From positions 78,802,001-78,866,000 of the forward strand of contig OX597815.1 in NCBI GenBank assembly GCA_951406725.2: a DNA stretch of 64,000 bases, given 5' to 3'. A model generated the notes under the pieces. That model saw only the letters and a list, made by a program, of their open reading frames with translations. It made no database searches and had not been told where the DNA came from. Shown piece by piece: positions 52,644 to 64,000 of this stretch; the stretch's first letter is position 1, and every line of letters starts with the position of its first letter. The position numbers were made by a program, and so were the translations under genes. This DNA comes from Octopus vulgaris (lineage: Eukaryota).

Positions 52644-55600
52644 GCAAAGTTGACCCCGGGGGGACTTGAACTCAGATCGTAAAAAGATGTAAATAAATAA
52701 GACAAAGAAAATTTTCCGGTGCTCTGGATTGGCAGAATCATCAGATCGTTGGATAAAATGATCTATGATTTGTAGTTACGGCCCTCTACTGTCTGAGTTC
52801 AAATATCAACGACGTCAATTTTGCGTTTCATCTTTCCAGAGTCGATAAAATAGAATACCAGTCAAATACTGGATCGATTAATATTTCTAAAGTGGTATTC
52901 TCGATGTGGATGGAACCATAATAGAAGACAGAGTAATTATAAACAGAAAACTAAGACTGACATTCTGCCTCTCCGTCATAAGTTAAGAATTCAGTACGTT
53001 AAGAATCAATAAGCAATACGGTTATGGCAGAGGAAGAGATTAAACAAACTGTACAAAAGATTGACTCACCAGAGTTTGAAAAGTCGCTGAAGTGGGTTAT
53101 TTTTGCTGCAGATTTAAAAATCGACAGGAAACATTTCTATTCTTGTTTGGTAAATTATACATTCCCGATATACGGAAAAGAGAGAGTTTAAAATAGCGGA
53201 AAAGTGAGTAGAGAATAGAGAATGTTAATCATTAGAATCTGAAGAGTAAAGGTAGTTAATATTGAAAGTAAAGACAACGCCACCTAGTTTCTGAAAGTAT
53301 AAACGACAACAGTGTCCTTTATTTATAGTGTTCTTTTACAGTACAATAATGTATTTAGTTGTTTGCAGTACTAGTTGTTGTCTATCCTCAGGCCAGCTTT
53401 GATTGAAAAGACCTATGATCATTGAGGTCTCAGCCATGATCAGAGATATTTATTGTGCTCTTCCCACTCCTTTTTAGACAACTGGGTGTGATTTGAGGGA
53501 GATTTGGTAGTTATTTCTAGTAAGTCAGGCAACCAAGTAGAGATTCACTCGTTAACTTAATGCATTTCGTTTTATGATAGATACGCTTTCACAAAAGTTA
53601 TTTTAAATGTCAACTCTACTGACACACGTTATAAAATATTTAAAAGTCATAATATAGGACAGTACTTCGACAGAGTAACAGCCTCCTAGTGCGTTTGAAT
53701 TGAAAGAAAACAAGAAAAATTACAGCAGAATCGTACGTCCTGTGTATGTTAGATATATGCTGCAAACGTGCAAATGAACAGTAGCATAGCTGGGAAGGAG
53801 AGGGGCCCCAAATCGGGCTGCGCTTTTATGGGAGGGCACTTTTATTCTGCTGTATAAGCTGTGAGGGCTCTGAATGGGGAGGGGGGAAGGCAAACGCAAG
53901 GGCTGTCCCGGGTGGCACACACTCTAGGTATGCCATTGCAAATTAAATAAATTTATCTGTTGTTAATAAATTATCTATTTGCATTTGATCATATACGTCC
54001 ACTGTCAATCACATTTGACCGTGCATCCATAAATGACGTAAGTCCGTTAATCGTTAATTAACGAAGTCAACATTTTCGGTAACGATTTAACTTTTAAGTA
54101 AACATTGAAAATCATTATCGGACTAATTATCATTATCGTTACATTTAGTCCGTTAACCCCAACATTTCATAAAAACCGCTAAACGTTTAAAAGTTCCCCT
54201 TGTTTTCAGTTTGTCTTAGCAAATTTAATACTGTACGCATCATTCTTTCAACCTCGATATAACGCCACTTATAAATAACTTGTGGGACCTCGTTTAGCCC
54301 TACATGGATTTGAAACCAAATCCACCCGCTTGTCGCTTGCAAAGACAGCGGGAAATTTCTTTGTCTTGTCAAATAAATGGAAGGAAAAAGTTGTAAATAT
54401 TTTGGTGTGAACGCAAATAGCTGTTACGTGGTAGCAGGGCATGCTAGAAATAGCAGCCAAATCTTTCCTTTACGCGTGATTTCAATGTCACAATCGTTGA
54501 AAGCATGCAAAATAACCTGGATAAGAAAAAAACCTGCGAAACAAAATTCCCTAGATGGGAAACTTCGAGGTCCCCACTTTTCTTTTCCGAAAAAAAGTGG
54601 CTTGCGGCGGGTTTGGAGGTCAGATACGTTGAATGCACCCAAAAAAACTGTGGAAAAAAAATTCCACACCGAGATACGAAATATTTACAGAAAGAATAAA
54701 ACCTTGCATCGATTATACCTGTATTTTAATTAATTCAAATTATTATACCTCATCTTAAAAAGTGGCAACATTTTTGTCGGTTGCCGTCTAGGATAATTTT
54801 AGTAACAAATTAAACAGTTAAGATGCATTAAGAATTTCAATTTTAGTGTTTATCCATAATGTTATTACTTTTACACCTATTAATTAAATTTACCTGCCCA
54901 TAAAAATCAAATTTACTCAGCAAGACCAGCTAAAATTACATAACTAAAAACCAGTGGTGTATAAAGCAAGCACCCACTGACAAAATTTCAAATCTGTATG
55001 CAAAGAATTTACAAAGTTACAAGCAAATATTGTGGACACGCCTCTTGAACCTGAATAATTAAAAATAACGTGAACAAATAAGCATTACATTTGACGGATT
55101 AATATGAACACTAAAGATGCTTTTAGGTGTTTTGTTTCTTTCTTATACACACACACGCGCACATAACACGGCCTCGCTCGGTTAGGACTGCACGTGTGTT
55201 ACTTTGACATCATCATGCTATAAAATTTGTTAATGGGGAGACAAATGTTGAAAAATATCAATAGATGTGCGAGTGAGAAAGAAACGAGGAGGGAGGTTTT
55301 GGGATGTGCTAGAATCAACAGCCAGATCTCCCTTGACTCACACATTTTCCTCTGAAATTATTAATAATTTCTTTTAAACCGAAAATGTTTCTCTCGTGAG
55401 TTTTAAGTGCGTAGTGAAAAAAAAATAGCCCAAATCGTTTCGAACTGGGGAGGTGAGGGGATGGCGGGAGTGGAAAAAAATTAAAAAAATTTTTTTTCTT
55501 TCTTTTCGTAAAAAGATGCCTCCCATCATTCTGAAGACTCTGGTTAAAAATATTTGGAAAAATCCCCGTCAAAACGGAGAAATTCCAACTCATGTGGGCC

Positions 55601-56082
55601 GTCTGATCCGAAACTCCGTTTTCCAGAAACTCCCCCATTCCCGCCACCTTCCAAAAAGTTTGTCTACCAATTTCTTTGTGATCGTAATCTACACCGTTTG
55701 AAAGGCATTTATATAAAATTTCATTAAAAAATACCTATTTTCCATAAAGTTATGAGGGGGAAAATGACGGCTCCTGTGAATTTTCCGAAACTCCTCTCCC
55801 CAACCCATTGGAAAGCTTTTTTTACAACAAATCTGCAAGATATAAGCGGTTATTTGGTGAAAGTTTCCTGAAAAAGTATCCATTTTTCTCGAAGTTTTGA
55901 GGCAACAAACTCGGTGGGGTATCAAAGTGTAGTTATGTCTTTTTTCAATAAACGTTAACGTTAACTTCCGTTACATTTTAAAAGAATTAACGGATTAACG
56001 ATTAATGAAGTTAACTTTTTGGTTAACGGATTAAAGATTAACGAAGTTAAATTTTCGACTAAATGTGCCCAATGTGCCCAAC

Positions 56083-56287
56083 GAGGATGTTAATTATAAG
56101 GCCGATCATAGAGTGACCAATGGTCTCACATCCAATGGCCGCGGACATATAACCTCTTTTCAAACTGGAAATAGAAACGAGGTTACATGTCCGCGGCCAT
56201 TGGAGTCTAACGAGTCGACTATAAAGCTGAGCGCTGCGTGGATACGAGACCATTAGTCACTTTATGACCGGCCATATAATTTACCTC
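56083..56287. mobile_element. Palindromic MITE with GAG termini (Sola2-like)
   Basis: Outer ~45-bp imperfect TIR plus inner inverted repeat TCCAATGGCCGCGGACAT..AACCTC / GAGGTT..ATGTCCGCGGCCATTGGA. Confidence 0.65.
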
Positions 56288-56946
56288 CTGTAAATACATT
56301 ACTGCACTGACGTTTAGAGTGTGCTTCTTTTTGGGATATATGGTCCACTGACGATGATGATTATGATGATGATGTGAGTGAGTTTAGAGCTCAGTATGGG
56401 GATTAAACTCCAAAATCCCACGCCGTGAATTCAATCACCACATCAATAGATAAGCTTAAAGTGCAGTATCTGAGTCGAAAATATCGAGGAAGTGAGCTGC
56501 TGACTCATCGAAATATGCGCATAAGAAAGCATAAGAATACCAACATTGTTTTCTGCATTTCTTACCACACACTCGCGCGCGCGCACGTTATTCTTTAACA
56601 TGTATAGTATTGACAGTAACACTGAAGGTTCAGCCAACGAAACCATCATCAGATCCGATGGTGGAATTTCGCAGGAATTCAGGTCTTCCTTATTTAACCA
56701 CACCACTTCATTGCGAAGTGCATCAATAGACACATCTACGGCTGTGTTTGTTGATGCATTTTGTAGTCAGGACTAGCTATAGATCATTTTCCAAAATAAT
56801 ATTTTTTTTTTAAATGCATTCTGAGCCAGAAGCCGATGCGCGTGCTCAATAAACAATATATTTTTTTTTTAGTATTGTACAAAGGAAAACTGAATATATT
56901 CTCTTTTGTTTTTAAGTATTTGAATTCTTCCTGTAAAGAAAAATTC

Positions 56947-57362
56947 GGATATTTTCTGTTTGAACGGCAGTATTTTCTAACGGTGTCATATGAAATTGTC
57001 ACCCATAATTATGACCCTAGTATCGATCTATTGCATTTCAATCTGTTTTAGGGTTAGGGTTAGGGGTAAGGGGAAGGATATCTTTTTTTTCATCAGAAAA
57101 GTAAATAAACCCAATCTGTTTCTTAAACGAGGGACATATTCTTACGGCACAGAATGTTTTCACTTCAATAGACGTGATTGATTGGTTGAAATTGCAGAAA
57201 TTGAAGAAAAAACAACAAATATCTTACAAACCATAGAATTTTCTCAATAATGCCAAGAGAAAAAGATATTTTATAAACACATTCTACCTGTATACGAAGT
57301 CTAAAATTGTTTAGTTACGTGGAAATTATTTTTAAAAACTGCCGTTCAAACCGAAAAGATCC
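56947..57362. mobile_element. MITE with GGAT termini and internal (TTAGGG)n
   Basis: GGATATTTTCTGTTTGAACGGCAG...CTGCCGTTCAAACCGAAAAGATCC; telomere-like repeats at about 57047-57073. Confidence 0.75.
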
Positions 57363-58728
57363 AAAAATTCTAAAAAAGATATAAGCCTTCAACGTTGAAA
57401 TGGAGATAACAAAAGCAATGTTACATTTTGAACTTGAGAAAAGTTTTGCATACTTTTACTGTTCCTCTAATTGATTACATTTTTAATGTGCGAGTTAGGT
57501 GCTTAATTTTTTTTTCTGGCAATTCTAGCTTTTTCAAATCGTCACTTTGGCATTTACTAACAAAATCAAGTACGCCAATTATTATTGGTATAAATGTGAA
57601 TGTATAACGTGGGTATAGAAGCAGAAGGTTTCGATGTAGTTGTCTATAGTTATCCGCTTCATGTATGTATGTATGTATGTATGTATGTATGTATGTATGT
57701 ATGTATGTATGTATGTATGTATGTATGTATGTATGTTTGCATTTGCGCGTCTATGTGTGTATGTGTGAGTATGTATGTGTGTGCGCGTGCGTGCATGTGT
57801 GCGAATGTATCTGGGATCCACTAACATTTTGTACAAACGGTAAAACATAGAATACAGTACTTACATATACAAACAGTGTACACTGCAGGTATTAATAAAC
57901 ATGTTGAGTAAATCGTCATAAATTTTGAAACCCTTTTATGCTACAAACTAAGCTATTGTGCCTAGTTATACAAACGTGAATAATATGAACATTAACTTGA
58001 AATATGTATGTATTTAGTCTTAACATATTCCTTGTCGCCCAATGCATTTTTATTTTGAAGAGTTTTTAAATTCTGGTTATTTAGGTATGTGTTGTTTGTG
58101 AATACATTACTGAGTCTCGTTATCTCGATAATCGAAGTTGTATAAAAAATTCAAAATTGAAAACGAGAATTTAGTATTTTTTTTTTTTAGTAATGACGAA
58201 AAAGCCAATGATGATTGTATAACCAATTAGTTTTCAATCCAAATGGTATGTTTTATATAGTGAATATGTGTTAGGCGGACAATAACTTAATGGGACATTT
58301 GACCAAACAATCAAAGTCGAAAAAATATGAGATTATCGAAGAAATATGACATTTTTGAAACAAGTGTTTTTTTTTTTTATAAATAAATTCACAATGTGAC
58401 GTAAATTAGACATAATCGACATATTGTGACGTTTCTTCACTATTGCAATGTAACGAAGAATGATATCACTAAGTTAATGGCGATTAGCTTGAAAAACCAT
58501 GGTCTGAAAGTAAGTCATGGTAGCTAATTCGGGCAATGCCAAAGAGTATTTTGTAACAGGTTTATCAGCAAAGAACTGTAATTTACCTGAAATATATTGT
58601 GCTTGATTAACGAGTCTTGCAATACAATAATTTCCCCTTTGGTTAGACAAATTAATGGTTCTTTCGTCATAACTAGCTTTGTCTTTTAAGCTAGCAGCAG
58701 AAGACAGCAACAAAATTAAATATACTCA

Positions 58729-59364
58729 ATGAAACGAAGAGAGGCTACTAGATGCGATATACCAACGAAAAGAAGACACCGTTCCAGTTCAATTGGGCGG
58801 GCATCAGAAAACTCGTCTGGTTCATCACATAATTCCTCAAAGATTCGAATCCCACCAAGGGATAAATCTTACATCCAGCTAGAACGTATTTTAGCTAAAA
58901 TTGAACGTCGAATCGACTTTATATCAGGAGATGGCAATTGTTTTTTTAGAGCCCTGAGTAAAGAAATATCAGGAGTTGAAAAACATCATATATCCTACAG
59001 GAACAAAATAGTCGATCTAATAGAAACGAAGCCTCTACATTACATAAAGTTTTTAGACGATAATGAAAGTATAGAGGAGCATGTAGATAAAATGCGTATG
59101 AACAAAGTTTGGGCTACTACTGCGGAGGTATTTGCAGCTGCTCAATTTACAGGGGAAACTATTTACCTTTTTACGCCTGTTATAAACAAAAAATACCAAT
59201 GGTATCATTTTAAACCCACGAAGTCTCCGAAAAATGACAAATCATATATATTATTATGTCATACAGAAGGAACACATTTCGATAGGATTGTTCCTTGTGA
59301 TCAATTCGATAATACAGATTATCCCCCACCATTTTCACGTGGTAATTTCTTGAAATTCTTCTGA
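58729..59364 (+). CDS. Intronless OTU-domain cysteine protease (putative deubiquitinase), 211 aa; paralog of 41688-42389
   Basis: ISGDGNCFFRALS (Cys codon 58939-58941), WATTAEVFAAA, LCHTEGTHFDRIVP (His codon 59275-59277). Basic, Ser-rich N-terminus with NLS-like KRR/KRRHR. About half identical to the minus-strand paralog over the domain by hand alignment. Confidence 0.92.
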   Translation: MKRREATRCDIPTKRRHRSSSIGRASENSSGSSHNSSKIRIPPRDKSYIQLERILAKIERRIDFISGDGNCFFRALSKEISGVEKHHISYRNKIVDLIETKPLHYIKFLDDNESIEEHVDKMRMNKVWATTAEVFAAAQFTGETIYLFTPVINKKYQWYHFKPTKSPKNDKSYILLCHTEGTHFDRIVPCDQFDNTDYPPPFSRGNFLKFF

Positions 59365-59376
59365 AAGCTACCCAGA

Positions 59377-59600
59377 GTGGATATTTTCATTATCGATAAG
59401 TATCCAGATATTGCGGATTCTTTGAGAACCGGGAACTAGACGTTGTTAGATACTTGATTCTTGAGAAATATCTAGACATTGTGGTTATTTTCAATATCAA
59501 GAAATAATCTGAACGTTGAAGATATTTTCAATATCGAAAAATATCTAAACGTTGTGGATATTTTGATTACAAGACATTGTGGATACTTTGGTAATCGAAA
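59377..59600 (+). repeat. Degenerate ~35-bp minisatellite directly after the OTU stop codon
   Basis: About 6-7 units resembling GTGGATATTTTCAATATCGAAAAATATCTAGACGTT. Confidence 0.7.
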
Positions 59601-61125
59601 GGTAACTTTGTGGGGCGAAGTTTTTAGATTACCAAGGAGTGTCTGTTTTTGAAATGTTCTGTTTTCGTTTTCTCCGATAAAAGAAGAAACGTAAAGTTTT
59701 CATGCCCCTCAAAATACAGTGTTAATTCTTTCAGAAGACTTCATTTAAGATCGAGCAAGTAATGTTTACACCTTCCATTTCGAAATCTGGACGATTTGAA
59801 AAGTTTCGATCGGTATTAATCTGATTTGTTTTTACCATTTGTCAATTTCCAGAAATCATAAGTCGGATTTCAAATTACATCAATAAATATACTAGCAATG
59901 ATCTACCAGAAATGTTAAGGCATATGAATTGTGAACTATTTCATTTTCTTTATGGACGAAGATAGAAAAAACGGAAAACCGCACCATAAATGAAATAGAG
60001 ATGAAAGTTGTATTAGAAGCTTCTCGATAAGGACTTTAAGGACTCATGAATTCGTGCAATGTATTATTTTACAATATACTAAAGAGCCAAAAAGTTATTG
60101 AGAATCTTAGACAACGTTGTTATTATAATGAATTTAGCTCTTTGAATATTGTTATATGACATGGCAGAAGATTGATTAACTTGTAGATGTTGGCAGACGA
60201 TCAGCTTGTAGATGTTAATGAAACTGATTGTTTAATCCTGATGTTTATATTCTTGCAAGTTTCTGGGAACATTGAAAATTACAGATAATACCTTGAACCA
60301 TAGTCAAAGCAAGTGACAGAAAATTTTATTATAAAAGAAAATGATTGATTTTGTGATTAAATTCGAATCACAGAGGCAGTTATAGTTTTCGAGTTAAGTG
60401 AACCTGTTCTTTTAAGACTGTTTGATAATGATTTCCTTTTGCTATCACACTATATAATATTACGTCCTTCTTTTAGTTACTTTAATCCAAGGGATGTTCA
60501 TTGTATACCAAAAATGAACTTATTTCCAACAGCAACTAAGATTCGATCGCCTAATGAAACTGAATATACTAGATTTTATTATGAAGTTAGCTTGAATATT
60601 ATTGTGTGAATGAATGACAAGTGTTTAAAGTCCTGTGCGCAATAGTTTGTAAACTGTGCAAAAATTGTAAAATAGACAGAAGCTGTATAAAAATGAATTA
60701 ATAACGAATTAATTATACCTTTGCAATATATGCTTTTAAAGTTCTAGGTACTAAATAAACACGATAGTCCTCATTGGAAAACCTTTGATCATAAATCTAC
60801 TGAGTAAAGCTTGACCTGAAGCTAAACAGCAACTGACAATATTTTGAAGTATCGTAATTTATCGTTTATTAGCCAAATCCGGTTAATTGCATACTCCGGT
60901 TAACTGCATAAGATATTCAATCACCGATGTTATGCAATTAAGTGGAATTGACTATCACATGATCGATCATATACTTCATCACTGTCTATAGCAATAACAA
61001 CGACTGCAGAAAAACCAGTCTATTGTACAGAGTTCAATTCATCTGTGAATAAACATTCTATCTCCAGAGAAATTTTCCCTACGATGCTTTTAACGCAACG
61101 ATAACCATTGATAAGCAACGATGTT

Positions 61126-61213
<88 letters not shown>

Positions 61214-61237
61214 CATGTATGTATGTATGTATGTATG

Positions 61238-61263
<26 letters not shown>

Positions 61264-61268
<5 letters not shown>

Positions 61269-61993
61269 CGGTTGGTATTATGATATATGTTGGAGTTGGC
61301 AGTTAGCGATTGTAACAGGTGTTGTTGTTGCAGATGTGTAAGATGAAAGAAGAACAGTGATCGAAGTTGTATAGAAATATTTATTTACCGTTACTTTATA
61401 TATATATATATCCAAAACCACGACGGGTTGGTATATATAATTAGTAAATGGAAAAGCATCCGAGGTAAAAAGAGTTAATTTCGGCCGGTATGTGTGTACA
61501 CGTGCTTATTGTAGTAGTAAACCATAGACAGAGATAGCATGATGTAAGAGAAAAGAAAGTGAGCAAGTGAAAGTTATAAAGTCGAAGGAAGTTGTGTCTC
61601 ATAGTTGGCTGGTTGTAACCCTCTTTCTCCCTCTGGCCGATTGTGGTTGCCTGCTTGTGACCATGAGTCGTTGATCTCTGTTCGCTAACTGATGGTCGTT
61701 CTCACTAATTGATTTTGTGTTACCAAATTCTAGTATTTATAACTATCCAAAACAAGCTAGAAGAATATTGTTGAGAACAATAGATCTCGTTGGCGTTCTG
61801 TTATCTCTATTCTAGTTTATGGAGGCCTAGAAAAGGTTAGAAGGGTTAGAAGGCTTAGCGAAGGCATCTGGCAAATGTAACAGCCGTCACTCACAGAAAA
61901 ACTACTGTTTTACCGCGAGAAAAGTGGCGCTGAACTGTTAAGTGAAATTTGGCTATCGAGGATCGAATCCACGGTATACCTGCATGCAGTTAC

Positions 61994-61997
<4 letters not shown>
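61264..61997 (-). mobile_element. Solo LTR (family A)
   Basis: TGTAACG...TACTACA; shares blocks ATTTATTTACCGTTAC, CTCTGGCCG, GAGAACAATAGAT, GGCATCTGG and GGATCGAATCCAC with 44085-44820; inserted in a microsatellite. Confidence 0.7.
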
Positions 61998-62038
<41 letters not shown>

Positions 62039-62049
62039 TCTTTACTCTC

Positions 62050-62260
62050 TTTTGCTTGTTTCAGTCATTTGACTGTGGCCATGCTAGAGCAACTCGACCT
62101 CAGGACTTATTCTTTGTAAGCCTAATACTTATTCTATCGGTCTCTTTTGCCGAACCGCTAAGTTACGGGGACGTAAACACACCAGCATCGGTTGTCAAGC
62201 GATGTTGGGGGGACAAACATAGACACACAAACAAACAAACACATACACACACATGCACGC

Positions 62261-62299
<39 letters not shown>

Positions 62300-62300
62300 C

Positions 62301-62353
<53 letters not shown>

Positions 62354-62495
62354 TATACATATATGCGACGGCCTTCTTTCAGTTTCCGTCTACCAAATCC
62401 ACTCACAAGACTTTGGTCGGACCGAGGCTATGGTAGAAGACATTTGCCCAAGGTACCACGTAGTGGGACTTGAACCCGGAACCATGTGGTTCGTA
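62050..62495 (-). mobile_element. Same SINE family
   Basis: Colinear with 35604-36023. Confidence 0.85.
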
Positions 62496-63291
62496 AACAT
62501 CGCATATTTTTAGCTTTCGGAAAACAGTAAACTATTGTTAGTGATTATTTATATTTCTTTGTTTTACCGAAATTATCTAAAATTTTTCTTAATATTTTTT
62601 TAATATTGAGCTAACATTAATACCTAGCCTTCTCCCAAGTTTATGGAAAGTCTCAGAAAAAAAAAGCATATACTCTATGACCTTCGTGCATATATATCAC
62701 CCTATGCAGAGTTTCAGAGACCCATGTGCGAGACAGTGACCTTCAATATGAAACATGCATCCACTTTTTATATATTAAGATTATACATCAAAATAAGGCG
62801 TCGAGATGGCTGAACCGTTATCACACCGGACAAAATGCTTTGCGACATTTCTGTCGGCTTTGTGTTCCGAGCTCAAATTCCGCTGAATTTGACTTTACTT
62901 TTCATCTCTTTCGGGGTCGATAAAATAAGTATTAATTGAATACTGGGGTCAACGAAAAACAGCTAGCCCTGTCCCCGCCAAATTTCAGGTCTTCTGCCAA
63001 AATTTGAAAACAAATTGTGACATCATGGTTTTTACATTATGCTCGAATGTTCTCTCAGCCACACAGATGATATTCATTCCATGGTCGCCCTACAAGACAT
63101 ATACATATACGCAAGTGTATCCTACAATGATTGTGTTTCTTAATAACTTTCAGAAAAACGGATATTTTTTAATGTAATCTCCAGATAGCTTTTATATGGT
63201 GTAGATTACGGTTCTAATGGAATTTAATGTTAAAAAGGTAAAAATAGTGGGTGCACGCACTCATACATTCTGACACACATCACATCGTTTC

Positions 63292-63748
63292 TATATGGTA
63301 ACAAGCTTGCTTCCCAACCATATAGTTCCGGGTTCAGTCCCACTGCGTGGCACCTTGGGCAAGTGACTTCTACTATAGCCTCGGGCCGACCAAAGCCTTG
63401 TGAGTGGATTTGGTAGACAGAAACTGGAAGAAACCCGTCGTACACACATGCACACATGCACACACACACACACACACACATAATATATACACACACGCAT
63501 ATATATATGTACACACATATACACACACATATATGTATGTATATATTTGTGTGTGTGTGTGTCTTGTTTGTACCCCACCATCCCTTGACAACAGATGCTG
63601 CTGTGTTTATGTCCCCGTAACTTAGCGGTTCTGCGAAAGAGAGCGATAGAATAAATAATAGGCTTACAAAAATGTCTTGAAATCGATTTCTTCGACTAAC
63701 GCGGTGTTCTAGCATAACTGCTGTCAAATGACCGAAACAAGTAAAAGA
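63292..63748 (+). mobile_element. Same SINE family
   Basis: Colinear reverse complement of 35604-36023. Confidence 0.85.
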
Positions 63749-64000
63749 TATATACATGTATATATAAAAAATTAGAAAAAACCCACCTTTTATCAATTCA
63801 AAATGAACAATTAAATTACACCATCCAGAGAATTACATATATTAGAAATATTTAAATTAAAAATAATAAAATTTCAATGATTTTATATATATATATTATA
63901 TTGTGTGAAATTTGATTTAATATTTCTAAATTGAATTTTAGCACTATGACTCGGCGTTGCCGAATCATAGTGCTAGTGCATGCATACACAGTTGCATGCG

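Noticed and set aside
57047-57073. Interstitial telomere or chromosome fusion scar
   Set aside because: Only about four TTAGGG-like units, and they lie inside a MITE.
59377-59600. CRISPR-like array
   Set aside because: Degenerate contiguous units without unique spacers, no cas genes, eukaryotic context.
44085-61997. Two co-oriented family A LTRs as the ends of one 18-kb LTR element carrying an OTU gene
   Set aside because: The LTRs are strongly diverged, the first has its own near-TSD, and no PBS, gag or pol is visible between them; independent solo LTRs are more likely.

Overview
Eukaryotic, AT-rich, microsatellite- and transposon-dense genomic DNA. The SINE, Penelope and Helitron repertoire looks like an octopus (coleoid cephalopod) genome; this is an inference from repeat recognition, not from a database search. 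The only clearly intact host-type coding sequences are two divergently oriented, intronless, paralogous stand-alone OTU-domain cysteine protease (deubiquitinase-like) ORFs (41688-42389 minus; 58729-59364 plus), both with complete catalytic motifs and a shared C-terminal tail. The rest is mostly a transposon graveyard: tRNA-derived SINEs, Penelope-like (probably Naiad) remnants with hammerhead ribozymes, a CR1-group LINE with an unusual ORF1, Hero-clade, RTE and Tx1/L1 LINE remnants, mariner elements, MITEs, non-autonomous Helitrons and solo LTRs. The first ~15 kb is strongly CpG-depleted, suggesting the methylated body (intron) of a host gene whose promoter may lie near 17 kb. All alignments, translations and folds were done by eye; repeat boundaries are approximate unless termini are quoted.
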